Shown: in pieces, positions 57,081 through 64,000 of the stretch
How the letters are laid out: every line of letters starts with the position of its first letter
How positions within the stretch are numbered: position 1 is the first letter of the stretch
NCBI GenBank assembly: GCA_002378125.1
Contig: DFRF01000041.1
Span: 420-64,419, forward strand
Length of the DNA stretch: 64,000 nucleotides
DNA from: Rhodospirillaceae bacterium UBA3470
GTDB taxonomy: Bacteria > Pseudomonadota > Alphaproteobacteria > Rhodospirillales > Casp-alpha2
Direction of reading: 5' to 3'
The notes under the pieces: model-generated
Databases searched by the model: none
The model's input: the letters and a program-made list of their open reading frames with translations, nothing else
Told to the model about the DNA's origin: nothing
Position numbers and translations under genes: made by a program

Positions 57081-59891
57081 TTATTCGTTTGTTTGATCAT
57101 CCCGAAGCCGTTTTATTTCATATACAAAGTCAAGTGCGGTGCGTGGGGTCATATCGTCTGGGTTTATGCGGTCTACAGCCTGTTCGACGAGTGTAGGTCC
57201 TGTCTGTTCAGCGGCGGACGATGGCCCAGAAAGAGATTGGAATAAGGGTAAATCTGCCGCCAGATCACGCATGGCGGACACTTGTTCATCGGCCTCCAAG
57301 GTTTTCAACACGGCCTCGGCTCGGTTCACGACCCCAGCCGGCAGCCCCGCCAATTTACCCACATGGATTCCGTAGGATCGATCCGCCGCACCTGCAGCCA
57401 CTTCATGCAGAAACACCACGTCGTCCTGCCATTCCTTCACTCGCATGGCGTGGCAACTGAGATGATCGAGACGGCCCGACAAGGCCGTCAATTCATGATA
57501 ATGCGTGGCGAACAAAGCCCGGCAGCGGTTCTCTTCATGGAGGTGCTCGACCACCGCCCAGGCGATAGAGAGACCATCGTAAGTCGCCGTGCCGCGCCCA
57601 ATTTCGTCAAGTATCACGAGCGCACGGGCCCCCGCCTGATTGAGAATGGTCGCGGTCTCAACCATTTCCACCATGAAGGTCGACCGCCCCTGGGCTAGAT
57701 CGTCCGACGCGCCGACCCGGGAAAACAGCCGGTCAACCACCCCAATACGCGCCGCCGCCGCCGGCACGAAAAATCCGGCCTGAGCCATCACCGCGATCAG
57801 CGCATTTTGGCGCAAAAAGGTACTCTTGCCCGCCATGTTAGGTCCCGTCAGCAGCCACAACCTACCCTCATCTTCGATCCCGTTAGCGGGGTCCAGATGG
57901 CAATCGTTTGCGACAAATTGACCGTCGCCGCTCCGCTCCAGAGCCGCCTCCACCACAGGATGACGGCCGCCTTCGATGGTAAAGGCATAGCTGGCGTCCA
58001 CGGACGGCCGCACATAGCGCCGCGTCACCGCCAACTCCGCCAACGCCGCCATCACATCGACATCAGCCAAGGCTTCGGCGGCCAGCGCCACCGGCTCGGC
58101 CTCCGCCATGACCTGCCTCACCAGGTCATCCATTAGGGAAATCTCCAAGGCCAAGGCCCGCTCCGCTGCCTTGAGGATGCGCCCCTCCAGTTCGGAAAGC
58201 TCCACCGTGGTAAACCGCATCGCATTGGCCATGGTCTGGCGGTGGATGTAGGGGCTATCCTCCCCTGCTGCCAGACCCTCCGCCTGCTTCGCAGGCAGCT
58301 CGATGAAATAACCAAGGACGTTGTTGTGTTTGATCTTCAGGCCGGCGCGGCCCGTGTCTTTGACATATTGGGCCTGCAATTGAGCGATTAATTTGCGGCT
58401 CTCGTCGCGGAGCGCCACCAGTTCGTCGAGATCCGCGTGATAGCCGGCGCGGATGAAGCCGCCATCGCGGGCCAGGAAAGGCAGTTCATCAGCCAGGGCA
58501 TCGGCGAGCCGGGCAATCCGAACCTCGTGGCCGGCCAGGTCCGCTTGCGCATCAACGATATTCTTAGGCAAGGCCACCGCCGGGCTCTCGTCGATCTGCG
58601 CCGCCAATTCCATTGCAGCAACCAGGCCATCGCGGACGGCGGCCAAGTCGCGTGGCCCGCCCCGACCGACTGTCAAGCGTGACAAGGCCCGGGCCACATC
58701 CGGCGCAGCACCCAGAACATCTCTCGCATCCGCTCGCATGCGACCATCATCGACGAAAAACTGAACCGCATCCAGGCGCTCAGCGATGGCCTCCGGGTCT
58801 GTCAGCGGCTGCGCGAGTCGTCGCCCCAGGGTGCGAGCTCCAGCGCCGGTGACGGTACGGTCGATGACGCTGAGCAGGCTGCCCTGGGCTTCACCTGACA
58901 AGGTCTGCGTGAGTTCCAGATTACGCCGGGTGGCGGCGTCAATCTCCATGATTGCACCGGCCGTGAAACGGACGGGCGGCGAAATACGCGGCAATTTGCC
59001 TTTCTGCGTGAGCGCCACGTAATCGACCACGCCCCCCGCGGCGGCGATCTCGGCGCGGCTGAAATCGCCGAAGGCGTCCAGGGCTGCTACGCCATACACT
59101 GCCTCCAAACGTTTGCGGCCCAATGCGGAGTCGAAGCGCACCGCCGGCAATGGTGTCAGCCGTTCAGCCCAGGCCCCAACCAAGCCCTCGAAGGCAGGCT
59201 TCTCTAGCACCGTGTCGGCGACCAAGAGCTCACCTGGGTCTATCCGGGCCAGTGCAGCGTCTACATCGAGGGCTTCTAGGGGCTGGGTCATAAGCGCGCC
59301 CGTGGAGACATCGATCCAGGCCAAACCGAACGCTCTCTGGGTCTGCGCGATGGCGGCTAGGTAGTTGTGGCGGCGCGCATCCAGCAACGTGTCCTCAGTC
59401 AGCGTTCCTGGGGTGACAACGCGCACCACATCACGCCGCACAACGGCCTTCGCGCCGCGCTTCTTAGCCTCCACAGGGGCCTCCGTCTGCTCGCAGATGG
59501 CGACCCGGAAGCCGTGTCGAATGAGACGGTTAAGGTAGGCCTCGTGACTATGCACGGGCACGCCGCACATGGGAATGTCCTCGCCCTGGTGCTTGCCGCG
59601 TTTGGTCAACGCGATGTCCAGCGCCGCTGCCGCTTTCACGGCGTCTTCGAAGAACAGTTCGTAGAAATCGCCCATGCGATAGAACAAGAGGCTGTCCGGG
59701 TGATCGGCTTTGATGCCCAGAAACTGCGCCATCATGGGCGTGACGCCGCCCTTCGCAATTTTAGATGGCGGTGGTGGCGTTATGAATTGGCCCTTACCAT
59801 CCGATTCTTGTTCCTTGCCGGACACGGGTCCCACTGCCGGTGCGGCAACTTCGGCGGCGGTAGCGGGCTTTTCGAAAATGGGCGATGGCAT
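57081..59891 (-). CDS. mutS: DNA mismatch repair protein MutS
   Basis: ORF 57081..60137 trimmed to ATG 59891. It has the mismatch-binding N-terminus ([34 protein letters not shown]), Walker A ([10 protein letters not shown]) and DEIGRGT. Confidence 0.93.
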   Translation of the reverse strand: MPSPIFEKPATAAEVAAPAVGPVSGKEQESDGKGQFITPPPPSKIAKGGVTPMMAQFLGIKADHPDSLLFYRMGDFYELFFEDAVKAAAALDIALTKRGKHQGEDIPMCGVPVHSHEAYLNRLIRHGFRVAICEQTEAPVEAKKRGAKAVVRRDVVRVVTPGTLTEDTLLDARRHNYLAAIAQTQRAFGLAWIDVSTGALMTQPLEALDVDAALARIDPGELLVADTVLEKPAFEGLVGAWAERLTPLPAVRFDSALGRKRLEAVYGVAALDAFGDFSRAEIAAAGGVVDYVALTQKGKLPRISPPVRFTAGAIMEIDAATRRNLELTQTLSGEAQGSLLSVIDRTVTGAGARTLGRRLAQPLTDPEAIAERLDAVQFFVDDGRMRADARDVLGAAPDVARALSRLTVGRGGPRDLAAVRDGLVAAMELAAQIDESPAVALPKNIVDAQADLAGHEVRIARLADALADELPFLARDGGFIRAGYHADLDELVALRDESRKLIAQLQAQYVKDTGRAGLKIKHNNVLGYFIELPAKQAEGLAAGEDSPYIHRQTMANAMRFTTVELSELEGRILKAAERALALEISLMDDLVRQVMAEAEPVALAAEALADVDVMAALAELAVTRRYVRPSVDASYAFTIEGGRHPVVEAALERSGDGQFVANDCHLDPANGIEDEGRLWLLTGPNMAGKSTFLRQNALIAVMAQAGFFVPAAAARIGVVDRLFSRVGASDDLAQGRSTFMVEMVETATILNQAGARALVILDEIGRGTATYDGLSIAWAVVEHLHEENRCRALFATHYHELTALSGRLDHLSCHAMRVKEWQDDVVFLHEVAAGAADRSYGIHVGKLAGLPAGVVNRAEAVLKTLEADEQVSAMRDLAADLPLFQSLSGPSSAAEQTGPTLVEQAVDRINPDDMTPRTALDFVYEIKRLRDDQTNE

Positions 59892-60045
59892 GGGCGACTG
59901 CTCGGATTTGGTGCGGAACAATGGCGCTTTACACGCCGCAGGGCTTTGGCACAATGACCTTAACAGTCTTGGCTTGGTGGTGAAAGAAACGCGAGAGCAC
60001 CGATCGTGTGGACACGATAAAATCTCTTGGGGCAGATTGAACATC

Positions 60046-62307
60046 ATGGACGAACAAGCGAACAAGCTCCTGGGCCAAGAGGCGCTACGCATGCACGCCA
60101 AGGGCCGTCCGGGCAAACTGGAGGTCCACGCGACCAAACCATTAACAACGCAGCGGGACCTGACATTAGCCTACTCACCCGGTGTCGCCGCGCCCTGCCT
60201 GGAAATCCACCACGACGCCGATCTGGCTTACGACTACACGGCCGTGGGCAACATCGTCGCCATCGTGTCAAACGGCACGGCCGTTTTGGGCCTTGGCAAT
60301 ATCGGGGCGCTGGCCGCAAAGCCGGTGATGGAAGGCAAGTCTGTCTTGTTTAAGCGTTTCGCCGACGTGGACGGCTTCAACGTCGAGGTGCATTCTGAGG
60401 ACGTTGACGAGGTGGTTGAGACCGTAAAGCGGTTCGGCCCCAGCTTTGGCGGCATCAATCTCGAAGACATTAAGGCACCCGAATGCTTCATCATCGAACA
60501 GCGCCTGCGCGAAGAGCTGAACATTCCGGTCTTTCATGACGACCAGCACGGTACCGCCATCATCACGGCCGCCGGCCTGATCAACGCGCTGGAACTCACG
60601 GGCCGCAAGATCGATCGTTTCAAGATGGTGATTAACGGTGCCGGATCCGCATCCATCGCCTGCGCAGAGCTTTTCATCAACATGGGAATGCCGCGAAAGA
60701 ACATCATCATGTGCGATTCCAAGGGTGTAATCTACAAGGGCCGCAAGGAGGGTATAAACCAGTGGAAGTCAGCCTACGCCTCCTCCACGCCGACCCGCAC
60801 CCTGGAGGAGGCCCTGAAGGGCGCCGACTGCTTCATCGGGCTCTCGGTCGCCGGTGCCGTTACCCCGGATATGGCGCTCTCCATGGCCGCCCAACCCTTG
60901 ATCTTCGCAATGGCTAACCCGAATCCGGAGATCACTCCCGAAGACGTGCGCGCCGTGCGCGATGATGCCATTATCGCCACGGGCCGGTCAGATTATCCAA
61001 ACCAAATCAACAATGTCTTGGGTTTCCCTTATATTTTCCGCGGCGCGCTGGATGTGCGGGCATCGACCATCAACGATGAAATGAAGATCGCCGCCGCACA
61101 GGCCCTGGCGGAACTCGCCCGCGAGGACGTACCCGACGAGGTAGACGCCGCTTACGCCGGCTCGCGCCTTCGCTATGGGCCCGATTATCTGATCCCTGCA
61201 CCCTTCGATCCGCGCCTGATCATCGCCGTGCCAAAGGCCGTAGCTCAAGCCGCCATGGACTCCGGCGTCGCCCAGCGGCCGATTATCGACATGGGCGCTT
61301 ATGAGGTCGAATTATCGTCGCGCCTCAACCCAACGGCAGGTTCCTTGCACGGGATTTTCGAGGGCCTGCGGGCCAACCCTAGGCGAGTGGTCTTTGCCGA
61401 AGGGGAAGAAGAGAAAAGCATCCGCGCCGCTTATGCCTTCCTGAACGGCGGGTTCGGTACGCCCGTGCTGGTCGGCCGGGAAGAGCGGATCAAGGATGCT
61501 TTGGATCGCTTGGGCCTGCCAGCCTCCAACGACATCGAGATCACCAATTCAAAGCTCAGTCCAGACACGCAAACCTACATGGATATGCTCTACGAACGTA
61601 TGCAGCGCCGCGGCTATCTGGAGCGCGACTGCGAACGCCTGGTGAAACGCGACCGCAATCTGTTCGGCGCACTGATGGTGGAAGCCGGCGACGCCGATGT
61701 CCTGGTCACGGGCTTGACCCGCAATTACCACCGCGCGCTGCAACAGATCATGCATGTCCTTGAGGTCGCTCCAAAACGTCATGCCTTCGGGTTGTCACTG
61801 GTCATGTCGCGTGGGCAGACCTTGTTTGTCGCTGACACTGCCGTGCACGAAGTCCTGTCCGCCGAACAGATAGCCGACATCGCCGAACAGACATCGGAGG
61901 TGGCCCGCAGCCTAGGCCATAGCCCGCGTATCGCCTTGATCTCTTACTCTAACTTTGGCCACCCGGAACTGGCCCGTGCGGAGGTGGTCCGTGACGCAGT
62001 GAAGCTGTTGGAGAAGCGAAACGTGAGCTTCGAATACGAGGGCGAAATGACCGTCGAGGTCGCACTCAACGAAGAGGTCATGAAGAATTATCCGTTCTGC
62101 CGGCTCACGGGTCCCGCCAATATTCTGATCATGCCGAGCCTGCACACCTCCCAGGTTTCCACCCAGTTATTGAAAGAACTAGGTGGCGGCACCGTGCTAG
62201 GCCCCGTACTTATGGGCCTCAGCAAGCCCGCGCAAATTGTGCCCATGGGGACGACGGTATCAGACATGGTCAACATGGCGGCCTTGGCAGCCCAGTCTGC
62301 GGACTAA
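60046..62307 (+). CDS. maeB: NADP-dependent malic enzyme (malic enzyme plus phosphotransacetylase-like domain)
   Basis: ORF 59710..62307 trimmed to ATG 60046 (753 aa). The N-terminal malic enzyme region has [13 protein letters not shown] and [10 protein letters not shown]. The C-terminal roughly 330 aa form a PTA-like domain. Confidence 0.92.
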   Translation: MDEQANKLLGQEALRMHAKGRPGKLEVHATKPLTTQRDLTLAYSPGVAAPCLEIHHDADLAYDYTAVGNIVAIVSNGTAVLGLGNIGALAAKPVMEGKSVLFKRFADVDGFNVEVHSEDVDEVVETVKRFGPSFGGINLEDIKAPECFIIEQRLREELNIPVFHDDQHGTAIITAAGLINALELTGRKIDRFKMVINGAGSASIACAELFINMGMPRKNIIMCDSKGVIYKGRKEGINQWKSAYASSTPTRTLEEALKGADCFIGLSVAGAVTPDMALSMAAQPLIFAMANPNPEITPEDVRAVRDDAIIATGRSDYPNQINNVLGFPYIFRGALDVRASTINDEMKIAAAQALAELAREDVPDEVDAAYAGSRLRYGPDYLIPAPFDPRLIIAVPKAVAQAAMDSGVAQRPIIDMGAYEVELSSRLNPTAGSLHGIFEGLRANPRRVVFAEGEEEKSIRAAYAFLNGGFGTPVLVGREERIKDALDRLGLPASNDIEITNSKLSPDTQTYMDMLYERMQRRGYLERDCERLVKRDRNLFGALMVEAGDADVLVTGLTRNYHRALQQIMHVLEVAPKRHAFGLSLVMSRGQTLFVADTAVHEVLSAEQIADIAEQTSEVARSLGHSPRIALISYSNFGHPELARAEVVRDAVKLLEKRNVSFEYEGEMTVEVALNEEVMKNYPFCRLTGPANILIMPSLHTSQVSTQLLKELGGGTVLGPVLMGLSKPAQIVPMGTTVSDMVNMAALAAQSAD

Positions 62308-62310
62308 CGC

Positions 62311-63837
62311 TTAGACGGGTGCAACCTTCTCCAAGGGCACATCTCGCCCAGCGGGCAGGTTGGTGATTAGGTCGTCCAGCAGGTCTGCTTTGATTCCCTG
62401 GCGGGCCGGGTCCGCCCAGAGGTTCGTCCACTGTTTGGGGTCATCGGCAAGGTTGTAAAGCTCTCCTTCGGTGCCATCGTAGAAGTTGGTCGCGCCGTAG
62501 CGCGTCAGCACCCAGCCATCACGGTAAAGGGTCTGAAGCTCCACCGTATTGCCGTCCCAGGTATCGTACCACTCGGTAATCGTCCGTTCGCGACCCCCCT
62601 CGCCGTTGGCTTGCGGAAACGGAGCGCCCTGCATCCAGACCGGCATAGGAAGGCCAGCGGCCACACAAATGGTTGGGGCAATATCCACATGTCCGACCGG
62701 TTCGGCGACGGCTGCTGAGACGATGCCCCGAGCCGGTGCCGGCCGCCAGATCAAGGGAACATGCATGAGTGCCTCAATGTGATATGGTCCCTTGAACAGC
62801 ATGCCAAAGTCGCCCTGGAACTCGCCGTGATCTGTGGTGAAGATGATCTCTGTGTCCGCGTCCCAGCCCCGGTCCTTGACGTACGCAAGCACCTGACCAA
62901 TGGCCTCGTCGATGAGCTCATTCTCGGCGTGAACCATGGCGTTGACCTCGCGGATGCGGTCCGCGGTTGTCTCGGCGGGAACGAAAGTGGGCGGAACCTC
63001 AAACGCGAATTGGGCCTCGCCTGTGTACCACTGGATCCAATGGCGCGGCTTTTCGGCTAAGACCTCCAGACACTTCTCCGGCGAACCAGGATAGCTATCG
63101 GGCACCGGTAAATCCCGCCAATCGAAACGTTGGGCCGCTTCGCGCGGCGGGTCCCAAGGGTGGTGCGGATCGGGGAAGCTCATCCAACAGAACCAGTCCG
63201 CGTCATCAACCAATCCGTCCAGCCATTCAATAGTCCGACTGGCCGTCCAATGGGTGTGGTAGAGCGCAATGGGAATGGGATTATCGGCAACCTGCGGCGC
63301 GCCAGTTTCCGTCCATCCTCGATTCGACGGCGCGCCGGCGACGGCGTATTCATGAAAACCCTCGACAAATTCGGGATGGTTCTCGGCCAGCCATTTGGGA
63401 TAGTGAAACAGGGATCGCCCGGCCCGGCCCGTGTGACCACAAAGCTCCATGTGATCGAACCCCCGGTACGGCCCTGTTGTCTCCTCGGTCGCCGCCATAT
63501 TCTCGAAAAAGGTTTTGCCTGCATGCGGATCCAGATGGGCCTTGCCGATCAGTGCCGTCTTGTAACCTGCGTCCTGGAGGACGTGGGCGAGACTATCCTG
63601 ATCAGGCGGCAGTTGAATACCGTTCGACGTCACCCCGTGGCAGCGGATGCTTTGGCCTGTAAGGATCGTCGACCGTGCCGGCATGCAGACCGTACTCTGG
63701 TTTCGAGCCTGAGAGAAATTGATGCCCGCGGTCGCCAAACTATCCAGGTTCGGCGTCTTGGCAAACCTGCCGCCATTGCAGCCCAGCGCGTCAAACCGTT
63801 GTTGATCGGTAGTAATGAGAAGGATTTTGCGCCCCAC
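62311..63837 (-). CDS. sulfatase family protein (Cys-type, no signal peptide)
   Basis: 508 aa. The N-terminus is ILLITTDQQRFDALG, and the formylglycine motif is CMPARSTILTGQ. Confidence 0.85.
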   Translation of the reverse strand: MGRKILLITTDQQRFDALGCNGGRFAKTPNLDSLATAGINFSQARNQSTVCMPARSTILTGQSIRCHGVTSNGIQLPPDQDSLAHVLQDAGYKTALIGKAHLDPHAGKTFFENMAATEETTGPYRGFDHMELCGHTGRAGRSLFHYPKWLAENHPEFVEGFHEYAVAGAPSNRGWTETGAPQVADNPIPIALYHTHWTASRTIEWLDGLVDDADWFCWMSFPDPHHPWDPPREAAQRFDWRDLPVPDSYPGSPEKCLEVLAEKPRHWIQWYTGEAQFAFEVPPTFVPAETTADRIREVNAMVHAENELIDEAIGQVLAYVKDRGWDADTEIIFTTDHGEFQGDFGMLFKGPYHIEALMHVPLIWRPAPARGIVSAAVAEPVGHVDIAPTICVAAGLPMPVWMQGAPFPQANGEGGRERTITEWYDTWDGNTVELQTLYRDGWVLTRYGATNFYDGTEGELYNLADDPKQWTNLWADPARQGIKADLLDDLITNLPAGRDVPLEKVAPV

Positions 63838-64000
63838 GCTGGTCTCCGTTGATCGCCCAAGAACTCGGCCGACTATGGCCGAGCCTCAAAGTGTGAACAA
63901 TCGATCGTGTTTCATTCACACCTGCTAAAATAAAGCCCGTATCTCCTTCATCGCTGACTCACGCCGTTCACCTGGCGCCGCATGAGCCAGACCAGCAGAA

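Overview
This 64 kb window reads as an ordinary chromosomal segment of a moderately GC-rich alphaproteobacterium, with Rhodospirillales-like gene content. It is dominated by housekeeping genes: msrPQ, polA, tadA, rsmD, parE, glnB-glnA, dapD-dapE, truA, fmt-def, alkB, glnD, mutS and maeB. Between them sit metabolic enzymes (aminotransferases, a TPP enzyme, Fe-ADH, fghA, gloB, a GMC oxidoreductase, GGT and a sulfatase). I found no rRNA, tRNA, CRISPR array, transposase, integrase or phage gene, and no recognisable defence or toxin-antitoxin module. I do not see a convincing novel multi-gene system and do not want to overstate one. The points most worth a second look are these. (1) A roughly 6 kb low-GC island (about 31.7-37.7 kb) carries a DctPQM TRAP transporter, a beta-hydroxyacid dehydrogenase-like gene and a GntR/HutC regulator, with two perfect palindromes in the divergent promoter. 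(2) An S1C/PDZ protease paralogue has all three catalytic residues replaced and is coupled to alkB. (3) A DUF1826-like gene sits between two glutathione-thioester hydrolases behind a Zur-box-like palindrome. (4) Many spacers hold decayed gene relics (GFA, VOC, a YciA-type thioesterase, a poly-C frameshifted small ORF), with no IS elements nearby. (5) An ABC ATPase without a permease is translationally coupled to a lipoprotein hydrolase and a FAD oxidoreductase. (6) Several small genes fall below the ORF-track cutoff, including a 59-codon zf-CHCC gene. Many ORF-track entries carry spurious N-terminal extensions, so I trimmed starts using RBS position and family N-termini. All family assignments come from motif recognition by eye, not from database searches.
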